Shown here: positions 12,285-19,969 of the stretch, one piece after another | Position numbering within the stretch: position 1 is the stretch's first letter | How the letters are laid out: the number at the start of each line of letters is the position of its first letter | Assembly (NCBI RefSeq): GCF_000016745.1 | Contig: NC_009483.1 | Location: 360,001-392,000 of the forward strand | DNA: 32,000 nucleotides | Source of the DNA: Geotalea uraniireducens Rf4 | Lineage (GTDB): Bacteria > Desulfobacterota > Desulfuromonadia > Geobacterales > Geobacteraceae | Reading direction: 5' to 3' | Notes under the pieces: generated by a model | The model's database searches: none | Seen by the model: the letters and a program-made list of their open reading frames with translations, nothing else | Told to the model about the DNA's origin: nothing | Translations under genes and position numbers: made by a program

Positions 12285-12499
12285 GCAACAGCGTTAGCTA
12301 CATCCCCTTCAGTAATTCCGAGTTTCTCCATCTTTTCTCTGATGCTTTCCAAAGATGTGGCGATCGGCGTCACCTTAACCGGCACCAGGACTATCCGGTT
12401 CCGTTCCACCTTTGCGTCGAATAGATCGACTCCTGGAAATTTGTCGGCGATTTCCTTCGGCAGGGTTAATTGGTTTTTGGCGGTTTTCTTTGCTAGCAT
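12260..12499 (-). CDS. AbrB/MazE/SpoVT-family antitoxin
   Basis: 79 aa. TAKNQLTLPKEIADKF is a looped-hinge-helix motif. The gene sits immediately upstream of, and overlaps, the PIN gene. AAGGAGG SD. Confidence 0.8.
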   Translation of the reverse strand: MLAKKTAKNQLTLPKEIADKFPGVDLFDAKVERNRIVLVPVKVTPIATSLESIREKMEKLGITEGDVANAVAWARKKSR

Positions 12500-12500
12500 T

Positions 12501-12525
12501 ATCCTTACCTCCTTACAGTAAGGAT
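12501..12525 (-). promoter_or_regulatory. palindromic operator-like site over the antitoxin SD
   Basis: ATCCTTAC (12501-08) / GTAAGGAT (12518-25) form an inverted repeat. Nested within it is the 15-bp palindrome TCCTTACaGTAAGGA (12510-24). It starts 2 nt from the start codon and covers the SD. Confidence 0.4.
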
Positions 12526-12623
12526 ATCTTAAAATACCCGAAATGACAACTTTTCGTTCACCTTTCCGGATTGTTATTAGGCTTGTGGCATAGAAAGAGC
12601 CATTTCTCCCGTGCTGCCACTAG

Positions 12624-13025
12624 TCAGGCGGTTTCCACTGTTGCCTTATACCAATAGGCTGCAACGATGCCGTAAATGAAATTCAAGCCGATGACGACCA
12701 TCGGTGTCAGAGTCCCAAAGCCAAGACCGAGAAGGCCTTTACCCATATTTGGCAAGACCATGAAGAGCATCATGGCAGATGGCAATAGACTGAATAGGCA
12801 TCCACGGAGAATAGTTCGATTTTTCCACAAGGGAAGAAGTAACAAAAGCATCCATATGCCACCCCAGACCATTCGCTGATAAAGCCAGGGGGCGGTAAAT
12901 TCCGGCTTCATACTGACTCCCAAAAGGTCACTTATTCCTATCTTGCCTAAAATCGTGATGTTGATGCTATCGACCAACCCTCCAATGGCACCACCGGTAA
13001 ATGCTCCACTCACTTTTCGAATCAT
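12624..13025 (-). CDS. hypothetical small integral membrane protein (about 4 TM)
   Basis: 133 aa with a Gly-rich N-terminus and hydrophobic segments (WGGIWMLLLLLPLW, LFSLLPSAMMLFMVL, MVVIGLNFIYGIVAAYW). No family recognised. Located between the two TA pairs. Confidence 0.55.
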   Translation of the reverse strand: MIRKVSGAFTGGAIGGLVDSINITILGKIGISDLLGVSMKPEFTAPWLYQRMVWGGIWMLLLLLPLWKNRTILRGCLFSLLPSAMMLFMVLPNMGKGLLGLGFGTLTPMVVIGLNFIYGIVAAYWYKATVETA

Positions 13026-13096
13026 AATCCTGGCCTCACGATATTTTTTTGGTGAACTTGGGGGAGATGCCGCAATTTTCTAACAATCCGTTCTTC

Positions 13097-13140
13097 TTGC
13101 CAATATAGCCTTTGCATGCTATTGTACAATATCTTGTCAT
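13097..13140 (+). promoter_or_regulatory. yefM-yoeB promoter with TGTACA-type operator
   Basis: TTGCCA (13097-102), 17-nt spacer, TATTGT (13120-25). The perfect palindrome TATTGTACAATA (13120-31) overlaps the -10. A second half-degenerate TGTCAT core (13135-40) is centred 12 bp downstream. Confidence 0.5.
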
Positions 13141-13153
13141 TTTGGAGGTCATC

Positions 13154-13408
13154 ATGCATGCAATCACATACAGCGAAGCACGTCATGCCCTTAAGGACGT
13201 CATGGACGAAGCTTGCAGCAACCACGAACCGATCCTGATCACGCGTCGTAAGGGAGAGAATGTAGTCCTGTTAAGCCTTGAAGACTACGAGTCCATTATG
13301 GAAAGCGAATATCTGCTTTCCAGTCCTGCTAATGCAGCACGGCTAATGCAATCTCTTGAAGAGGCACGGTCCGGCAAGCGAACCCCCATGGATACTCTTG
13401 GGCTATGA
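13154..13408 (+). CDS. yefM: Phd/YefM-family antitoxin
   Basis: MHAITYSEARHALKDVMDEACSNHEPILITRRKGENVVLLSLEDYESIMES is canonical YefM. GGAGG SD at 13144-48. ATGA overlap with yoeB. Confidence 0.85.
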   Translation: MHAITYSEARHALKDVMDEACSNHEPILITRRKGENVVLLSLEDYESIMESEYLLSSPANAARLMQSLEEARSGKRTPMDTLGL

Positions 13409-13659
13409 ATGTTACGTTCACACCGACTGCTCTCGACGACCTGCGCTATTGGCTTAAGACCGATAAACGCCAGGCCGAACGGATCTTGGCGCTTCTTGAA
13501 GAAATTCGGCGAACCCCTTTTGATGGAACAGGAAAACCAGAACCCCTCCGTTTTCAGCTTGCCGGTTGCTGGTCCCGCAGGATTGACAGGGAACATCGCC
13601 TTGTATACCAAGTGGAAGAAAGTGAGATTGTCGTTATCGCCTGTCGCTATCACTACTGA
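13405..13659 (+). CDS. yoeB: Txe/YoeB-family toxin (ribosome-dependent mRNA interferase)
   Basis: 84 aa. ...GTGKPEPLRFQLAGCWSRRIDREHRLVYQVEESEIVVIACRYHY is the canonical YoeB C-terminus. Confidence 0.9.
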   Translation: MNVTFTPTALDDLRYWLKTDKRQAERILALLEEIRRTPFDGTGKPEPLRFQLAGCWSRRIDREHRLVYQVEESEIVVIACRYHY

Positions 13660-13807
13660 TTCCATCAATCAAACCGTCCAACTTATATCACGGATAAAAT
13701 ACAATGAAAATCTTTATTGAAGATTTCCAATTGTGACGGCGCAGTCAAGGACAATGGCTGCTCATGCCCATGGTCAAAAAGGTTGCTGCACGGGAAGGTC
13801 AACAGGG

Positions 13808-15217
13808 TCAGCGGAGGATGGAGTCGATCAGCCTGAGGAGCGGAGATGGATAGATGCCCACTGCGAGAATTACCAGTGCTGCGGCGGAGAGGGCGATGGA
13901 CTCCGTCATGGATGCCGATTTCCGCGATTCAGGCGCATCTCCGGCGTGCATGTAGAGGTTTACCACCACCCGCAGGTAGTAGTAAGCGGAGACTGCCGCC
14001 GCCAGGATGCCGACTATTGCCAGCGGAATTTCTCCGCCCCTGAAGGCGGCATAAAAGATGAAGAACTTGCCGATGAAGCCGGCAGTCGGCGGGATACCCG
14101 CCAGGGCAAACAGGGCAAGGGCCAATATCCCTGCCTGAAACGGCCGGCTGTAGCCGACCCCCCGATAATCCTCCACATTCTCCATTCCAACCGATTCCGT
14201 CAGGGATGCCACGGCGCCAAAGGCGGCCAGGTTCATGGCCGTGTACACCACCACATAGAGAATTACAGCGGCAAAGCCCTCACTGCTGCCGGTGAGGAGC
14301 GCCAGCACCAGGTATCCCATCTGGGCGATGGAAGAATAGGCAAGCATCCTTTTCAGGTTGGTTTGCAGCAGTGCGGCCAGGTTCCCCACCAGCATGGAGA
14401 GAAGAGACAGCCACCAGAGCGGCGTATGGAGGGTTTTAAACCCGCTGCCGGAAGGTAATAGCAGCAGGAGGAAGGCTATGGCGGCACCCTTTGAGGCGGT
14501 GGAGAGGAAGGCGACCACCGGCGTCGGTGCTCCCTGGTAGACGTCCGGCGTCCAATGATGGGCCGGAACCAGGGAGATCTTGAAGGCGATGCCGATCAGC
14601 AGCAGTCCCCACCCGGCCAGGGCGATGGGGTCTTGAGCACCGGCCGAAAGCGTCAGGCGCACGACCTCCGGAATGGCGAGGGTTCCGGCTGCGGCATAAA
14701 GAAGTGCGATGCCAAAGGCGATGCAGGCTGCGGAGATGGCCCCCAGAAGGAGATACTTGAGTCCGGCCTCGGCCGATTCGGCGCGGTTGAGATCGATGGC
14801 GACCAGGATGTAGAAGGCGAAGGTGAGGGCCTCCAGTCCGAGGAAGAGGATCAGCAGGTTGGCGGATGCGCTGACCACAGCCATGCCGAAGGCGGCGAAG
14901 ATGACGGTGGCCGGGTATTCTTCTCCGCTTATGTCGCGCCTCACGTTGTGGTCGTGGGAGAGGAGCAGGGTTGCGGCGGCGGTGAGGGAAAAGAGCACAG
15001 TGAAGAAGCGGGCAAAGGGGGTAAATGCCACGCCGAGAGTCTGGGAAAGCGCCGCCGGCTGCAACTGGAGTGCCCAGAGCGCAGCGCCAACGCAGGCGGC
15101 AACGCCGACAGCCGTGCCGTAGCGTCCCGGTACGACCGCGCCGAGCAAGAGTATCAGCAGTGAAGCACCGGCAAGGATGGCGAGCGGCATGATTATCCAG
15201 ATATCGGCCACGGTCAT
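13808..15217 (-). CDS. nuoN: NADH-quinone oxidoreductase subunit N
   Basis: 469-aa polytopic antiporter-like protein and last gene of the nuo series. GGAG SD lies 9 nt upstream. Confidence 0.92.
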   Translation of the reverse strand: MTVADIWIIMPLAILAGASLLILLLGAVVPGRYGTAVGVAACVGAALWALQLQPAALSQTLGVAFTPFARFFTVLFSLTAAATLLLSHDHNVRRDISGEEYPATVIFAAFGMAVVSASANLLILFLGLEALTFAFYILVAIDLNRAESAEAGLKYLLLGAISAACIAFGIALLYAAAGTLAIPEVVRLTLSAGAQDPIALAGWGLLLIGIAFKISLVPAHHWTPDVYQGAPTPVVAFLSTASKGAAIAFLLLLLPSGSGFKTLHTPLWWLSLLSMLVGNLAALLQTNLKRMLAYSSIAQMGYLVLALLTGSSEGFAAVILYVVVYTAMNLAAFGAVASLTESVGMENVEDYRGVGYSRPFQAGILALALFALAGIPPTAGFIGKFFIFYAAFRGGEIPLAIVGILAAAVSAYYYLRVVVNLYMHAGDAPESRKSASMTESIALSAAALVILAVGIYPSPLLRLIDSILR

Positions 15218-15252
15218 TTAGGAACTCCGTTAAATCCAAAAACTGCAATTAG

Positions 15253-15379
15253 CCACGAATGACACGAATAAACACGAATGTTTTTAACCCCTTGTCAAGT
15301 CGTGAGTAGTCACCGATCTGGTGAGTGCCTTCTGCATGACAAGAGCTTGTATATTCGTGCACATTCGTGAAATTCGTGG
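15253..15379. repeat. palindromic element in the nuoM-nuoN spacer (3x CACGAAT per arm)
   Basis: CACGAAT at 15254, 15263 and 15273, mirrored by ATTCGTG at 15353, 15363 and 15372. An inner stem CTTGTCA/TGACAAG lies at about 15290/15336. The whole unit can fold as a ~127-nt hairpin. Confidence 0.65.
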
Positions 15380-15467
15380 TTAAAATGCTTTTTCCAGGTT
15401 AAATCAGCAAATCGTTAACAATTACAAAGTAAGGCAAAAAACAGTGCTTCTGTAACTCCGGCAAAAA

Positions 15468-16949
15468 CTATGGGTTCCCTGTCAGCAATGTCACCGGGAC
15501 TTTGATCAGCTCCAGCAACGGTGCCGGGTGAATCCCCAGATAGACGGCGATCAGCGCCAGCACCAAGAGCAAGCCACCCTCGCGGAGGGAGAGGTCTGCC
15601 AGAGCGAGCGTCTGCCGTTCCTCGACGAAGAGCAGTTCCTGCACCAGTCGTATCGTGTAGACGAGTGACAGGACGATGCCGCTGAAGGCAAACACCACGG
15701 CCAACGGGGTAACGCGGAAGCTCCCGGTGAGAACGAGGAACTCGCCGACGAAATTGTTGAGACCGGGAAGTCCGGCAGAGGCCATGGCGAAGAGGAGAAA
15801 GAAGAAGGAGAAAACCGGCACCTTGCCCCACAGTCCGCCGTAGGCAGCGATTTCCCGCGTATCGGTCCGTTCGTCGAGCATTCCCACCAGGGCGAAGAGG
15901 GCGCCGGTCGTCACCCCGTGATTGACCATCTGCAATACCGCGCCGGACAGCGCCACCGGCGTCCAGGCAGCGATGCCGAGAGCCACGAACCCCATGTGAC
16001 CGACGCTGGAATAGGCCACCAGCCGCTTCATGTCTTTTTGCGCATAGGCAATCCACGAGCCGTAGATAATGCCGATCACCGCCAGGGTGAAGATGATCGG
16101 GGTGGCGGCCTTAGCCGCTGCCGGGAAGAGGGGATAGCCGAAACGGATCAGTCCGTAAGCGCCGGTCTTCAGAAGCAGGCCGGCGAGGATCACGCTCCCC
16201 GCGGTTGGTGCATCGGTATGGGCGTCGGGAAGCCAGGTATGTACCGGGAAGAGCGGCACCTTGATGGCGAAGGCGAGGAGAAAGGCAGCGAACAGCCAGC
16301 AGCCCATGTCCGGCGCAATCCGTGTATGGAGCAGGGAAGACAGGGCAAAGGTGTACGTGCCGCTTTGGGCCCCATGGATCAGATAGAGGCCGATAATCGC
16401 CAGCAACATGAGGAGCGAGCCTGCCAGGGTGTAGAGGAAAAACTTCACCGCCGAGTAGATGCGGCGGCCATGCCCCCATATGCCGATGAGGAAGAACATG
16501 GGGATGAGCATCACCTCCCAGAACAGGTAAAAGAGGAACAGGTCGAGGGAGAGAAAGACCCCCATGATGCCGGTTTCCATGACGAGGATGAGTAGGTAGT
16601 GCAGCGCCACCCGTTCCTTAATGCTCTGCCAGGAGACGATCATGGCGACGAGGGTGATAAAGGCGGTGAGGATCACCATGAGGAGGCTGATGCCGTCCAG
16701 GCCGAGGGTGTAGCGGATACCGAACCGTTCGATCCAGGGGAGGTCCTCCAGCAGAAAAAAGGAGCGGAGCCTCGTTGTGGCTGATGTGGCCGTTACGTAG
16801 AGCCAGCTGGCCAGCGCCAGTTCCAGAAGGCCGATCCCGAGCGCAATGGGGCGGACAACCTCGGGCCGTTTCCGAAACGGCGCGAGGAGCAGGCACCCGA
16901 CAAGGGGGAGGAAGGTGAGGATTGTCAGAATTGGGTAGTCGTTTAGCAT
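15468..16949 (-). CDS. nuoM: NADH-quinone oxidoreductase subunit M
   Basis: 493 aa from MLNDYPILTILTFLPLVG, with AAGGA SD at 16955-59. The ORF-track extension to 17018 runs into the REP doublet and was rejected. Confidence 0.92.
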   Translation of the reverse strand: MLNDYPILTILTFLPLVGCLLLAPFRKRPEVVRPIALGIGLLELALASWLYVTATSATTRLRSFFLLEDLPWIERFGIRYTLGLDGISLLMVILTAFITLVAMIVSWQSIKERVALHYLLILVMETGIMGVFLSLDLFLFYLFWEVMLIPMFFLIGIWGHGRRIYSAVKFFLYTLAGSLLMLLAIIGLYLIHGAQSGTYTFALSSLLHTRIAPDMGCWLFAAFLLAFAIKVPLFPVHTWLPDAHTDAPTAGSVILAGLLLKTGAYGLIRFGYPLFPAAAKAATPIIFTLAVIGIIYGSWIAYAQKDMKRLVAYSSVGHMGFVALGIAAWTPVALSGAVLQMVNHGVTTGALFALVGMLDERTDTREIAAYGGLWGKVPVFSFFFLLFAMASAGLPGLNNFVGEFLVLTGSFRVTPLAVVFAFSGIVLSLVYTIRLVQELLFVEERQTLALADLSLREGGLLLVLALIAVYLGIHPAPLLELIKVPVTLLTGNP

Positions 16950-16958
16950 GTAATTCCT

Positions 16959-17032
16959 TGTAGTGGCACCCCTTGCGGGTGCTCGGAATCGGCAAAAAGG
17001 TAAAGCGGATACCCGCAAGGGGTATCCCTACA
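16959..17032. repeat. REP doublet A (two inverted REPs)
   Basis: TGTAG-tgGCACCC-cttgc-GGGTGC (16959-82) and, inverted, GGATACCC-gcaag-GGGTATCC-CTACA (17007-32). It abuts the RAYT stop on one side and the nuoM SD on the other. Confidence 0.7.
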
Positions 17033-17626
17033 TCAGACCATCCATTCGTCAGACTGTTTCATGTCTGTACGGCCATGATTCACGGGATTTTCCCAGTCCG
17101 ATTCCCATTGCAGCGGATTGTCGGCAATATAGGTGCGGATGCGGTTCAACTCCTGTTCGTTGCGAATGACGTGCTCGTAGTAGTTGTCTTGCCAGAACTT
17201 ACCCCTGGCGTTGATCTCTCTTGACTTGATGACCTTCAACCACGCATTCACGCTCAGTGATTTAAACGCTCCGACGATGTTACCCAAACCCGCCTTTCCT
17301 ACCATGATCTGCTTTTGTAGGGATACCCCTTGCGGGTATCCTGGTTTCAGGCATCCTTCCGGTTTGTTTCCCATCCCGTCCCCAATAACGATGATCCCAT
17401 GGAAATGATTCGGCATGATAACGTATTCATCAATGACCGCACTGGGAAATCGCTCCGGAATACCTTGCCATTCCTTATCCACAATTCTCGCCAATTCCGG
17501 GTACTGTGAGAAGCAACATTCGCGGCCGAAGGAGCACAATGTCACAAAATACGCACCATTCTGTGAGTAATCGTAATGCTTGAGGCGAATGGAGCGGCGA
17601 TGATGTATTTCGGGATTATATGCCAT
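17033..17626 (-). CDS. REP-associated tyrosine transposase (RAYT; IS200/IS605-like Y1 HUH enzyme)
   Basis: 197 aa. MAYNPEIHHRRSIRLKHYDYSQNGAYFVT, HUH motif in MPNHFHGIIVI, catalytic Tyr region WQDNYYEHVIRNEQEL. Flanked by REP doublets. Confidence 0.85.
   Translation of the reverse strand: MAYNPEIHHRRSIRLKHYDYSQNGAYFVTLCSFGRECCFSQYPELARIVDKEWQGIPERFPSAVIDEYVIMPNHFHGIIVIGDGMGNKPEGCLKPGYPQGVSLQKQIMVGKAGLGNIVGAFKSLSVNAWLKVIKSREINARGKFWQDNYYEHVIRNEQELNRIRTYIADNPLQWESDWENPVNHGRTDMKQSDEWMV
17316..17342. repeat. REP copy inside the RAYT coding sequence
   Basis: TGTAGGGATACCCCTTGCGGGTATCC is the exact reverse complement of the REP at 17007-32. It is translated as GYPQGVSLQ in the linker between the HUH and Tyr motifs. 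Confidence 0.65.
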
Positions 17627-17638
17627 TACAAATCATCC

Positions 17639-17711
17639 TGTAGGGGCATCCCTTGTGGGTGCCCGGAATCCGAAAACGATACGCCGGATACCCGCAAGGG
17701 ATATCCCTACA
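17639..17711. repeat. REP doublet B, a direct repeat of doublet A
   Basis: TGTAG-GGGCATCC-cttgt-GGGTGCCC (17639-64) plus GGATACCC-gcaa-GGGATATCC-CTACA (17686-711). Same order and spacing as doublet A. Confidence 0.7.
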
Positions 17712-17741
17712 TCAATCAGACCATTTATTCTTCAGTTTGTT

Positions 17742-18122
17742 TCATCTGATATTGACAATCGTCTCCTTTTGATTGATATCAATAAATTTAATCTTCTTGA
17801 ACTTGGCCTTTTTTGCATCTCTATAGACTCCTGAGCCTAAAACCTCTTTGATTCGATCATCAGTGATTCGGACCATTGATATTTGCAGGGTCTCGTTTTT
17901 CGGATCTTGAACGCTTAATAGCGCCATGCCATATCTCTGGTTGAGAATCGACTCGTAGTATGTGGCTACCGCCATTTTTCGAGGGAGATCCTTGTTGGAC
18001 TTTTCTGCATAAGCAGCTGGGTGAAAGATTGTTCCAATAAATATCGTCAGTCCAAATAAGCAACATATGATTCTATTTAGTTTTAGTTTAAAACAGTGCA
18101 ATAGTATCGCCATGTTCTTCAT
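17742..18122 (-). CDS. hypothetical exported protein (N-terminal signal/anchor)
   Basis: 126 aa. The hydrophobic segment IICCLFGLTIFIGTIFHPAAYA precedes a Lys-rich body. AT-rich DNA. Its ATG overlaps an upstream open frame as ATGA. No family recognised. Confidence 0.5.
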   Translation of the reverse strand: MKNMAILLHCFKLKLNRIICCLFGLTIFIGTIFHPAAYAEKSNKDLPRKMAVATYYESILNQRYGMALLSVQDPKNETLQISMVRITDDRIKEVLGSGVYRDAKKAKFKKIKFIDINQKETIVNIR

Positions 18123-18413
18123 TGTTTCTTTTTACAGACAATGCTAGCAGCAGCCTTATGATAATCAGATGGCGTTAAAGGTCCAACCCATTCTTTGGTC
18201 CTGGTATTCAGACTCCATGTCATGCCGCTATCGCAATGTATCCGATCCCCCCTGTGTCAGAATAGTTGTCGCCTCAGATGGGTTGTTTAGCCACGGTCTT
18301 TCGAGCTGAATTGCAACGAGCGTAGCGAGCTTGCGATTCAGCTCGAAAGACCGGGACCGGCAAAAGCCGGCGACCCGTATTTTTTCAACATCTGGGGGCA
18401 GCAAGGATCTATA

Positions 18414-18947
18414 ATGACATACACACAAGGATTCAAATCCAGCCTGGTTCGCAAGATGGCCTGCCCTAATGGCGTCTCGGCCTCAGCTCTATCCCGAGAA
18501 GTGGGAATTCCCCAACAATCACTCTCTCGCTGGCTTCGAGACGCAAATGTCGTGAATGAATCTGGTAACTCCCCAATTTCTGAAGCACCATGGAGAACAA
18601 TGTCCCCAAAGCGCCCACAAGACAAGTCTGCCGAAGAAAAGCTCAAAATCGTCATCGAAGCCGAGACGGTTGCCGAAGATCAACTTGGCGCCTTCCTGCG
18701 TCGCAATGGAATTCATGAAGCACAGTTACGCGAGTGGCGCGCCATGATGCTTTCGGGGCTGCAAAAACCGTCTCGGCCTTCCTCAAAAACATCAGAGGAA
18801 ACTCGCAAAATTCATGCACTGGAAAAAGAATTACTGCGCAAAGATAAAGCATTGGCCGAGGCCGCCGCGATTTTGATCCTCAAAAAAAAAGTCCAATCGA
18901 TCTGGGGGGGCGAGGACGAGCCCACGGACAAGAGGAACGGCAGATGA
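18414..18947 (+). CDS. IS3-family transposase OrfA (HTH)
   Basis: 177 aa with HTH region SASALSREVGIPQQSLSRWL and a leucine-zipper-like C-terminal part. AAGGA SD. Confidence 0.85.
   Translation: MTYTQGFKSSLVRKMACPNGVSASALSREVGIPQQSLSRWLRDANVVNESGNSPISEAPWRTMSPKRPQDKSAEEKLKIVIEAETVAEDQLGAFLRRNGIHEAQLREWRAMMLSGLQKPSRPSSKTSEETRKIHALEKELLRKDKALAEAAAILILKKKVQSIWGGEDEPTDKRNGR
18882..18890 (+). promoter_or_regulatory. A9 slippery run, candidate -1 programmed frameshift site producing OrfAB
   Basis: CTC AAA AAA AAA GTC in the OrfA frame. The -1 frame is open from 18881 through the OrfB ATG (18944), giving ...LKKK/SPIDLGGRGRAHGQEERQMIGQL... Confidence 0.6.
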
Positions 18948-19969
18948 TCGGGCAACTTATTGAAGAGGCAACCCATTCCGGAGCGAGACTTGAATCGGCC
19001 GTTGTCGCCATCGGGCTGAGCATTCGCACGTTCCAGCGTTGGAATCTCCAGGATGACGGAGCAGATCGGCGACATGGGCCAGTCGCAGAACCGGCGAACA
19101 AGCTGGCTCCGTCGGAGCGGCAGAACATCATCGATATTGCAAACTCCCCGGCGTTTCGGGATATTTCGCCGAAACAGATCGTGCCGCAATTGGCCGATCA
19201 GGGAATATACGTGGCGTCGGAATCGAGTTTCTACCGGGTGCTCAAAGACGATGGGCTGATGACTCACCGGGAACCCTCCCGGCCCGCCACCAGCCGCAAG
19301 CCAAAAGAACATGTGGCTACCGGTCCTTGCCAGGTCTGGTCATGGGACATCACCTACTTGAAGAGCCCGATTCTTGGGCAGTTCTTTTATCTCTACATGA
19401 TCATGGATGTCTGGAGCCGCAAGATCGTAGCGTCCACGGTGTTTTTAAAAGAATCCAATGACTATAGCGCCAGGCTGTTTCTGAAAGCCTGTATCAGGCT
19501 CGGCATCAATCCGGAAGGCCTGATTCTTCACTCCGACAACGGCGGCCCGATGAAAGGGGCGACCATGCTGGCTACTCTCCAGCGCCTGGGCGTAATTCCT
19601 TCCTTCAGCAGGCCACAGGTCAGTGACGACAACCCTTTCTCAGAAGCGCTGTTCCGAACCATGAAATATAGACCTGGTTATCCGAGTCGGCCTTTTTCAA
19701 GTCTGGCAGCGGCCCAGACTTGGGTTGATGGTTTCGTCGCTTGGTATAACACGGAGCATCTGCACAGCGGCATTCGCTTCGTCACCCCGGACGATCGCCA
19801 CTTCGGCCGGGAGAAAGCCATCCTGTTAAACCGCCGGGAGATATACGAGAAGGCCCGGCAACAAAACCCAAACCGCTGGTCAAAAAACATCCGAAACTGG
19901 GAGCCAGTGGAAACAGTTTATCTTAACCCTGAACCAACGGCGGAAGTCGAACTTCTTGACGCCGCATAA
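18944..19969 (+). CDS. IS3-family transposase OrfB (DDE/rve integrase core)
   Basis: WSWDITYL (first D), LHSDNGGPM (second D) and SDDNPFSEALFRTMKY (E region). It lies in the -1 frame relative to OrfA, with ATGA overlap to the OrfA stop. Confidence 0.85.
   Translation: MIGQLIEEATHSGARLESAVVAIGLSIRTFQRWNLQDDGADRRHGPVAEPANKLAPSERQNIIDIANSPAFRDISPKQIVPQLADQGIYVASESSFYRVLKDDGLMTHREPSRPATSRKPKEHVATGPCQVWSWDITYLKSPILGQFFYLYMIMDVWSRKIVASTVFLKESNDYSARLFLKACIRLGINPEGLILHSDNGGPMKGATMLATLQRLGVIPSFSRPQVSDDNPFSEALFRTMKYRPGYPSRPFSSLAAAQTWVDGFVAWYNTEHLHSGIRFVTPDDRHFGREKAILLNRREIYEKARQQNPNRWSKNIRNWEPVETVYLNPEPTAEVELLDAA

Noticed and set aside
13706-13728. AT-only hairpin AAATCTT-tattg-AAGATTT between yoeB and nuoN as a bidirectional terminator
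   Set aside because: It is a 7-bp A/T stem with no clear U-tract on the plus strand, which is too weak to call.
13733-16595. Several 200-270-aa ORFs on both strands inside nuoN and nuoM (13733-14458, 14436-15248, 14555-15163, 15415-16056, 15918-16595)
   Set aside because: They are alternative or antisense frames of clearly identified polytopic nuo genes, with Arg/Gly/His-rich shadow composition.
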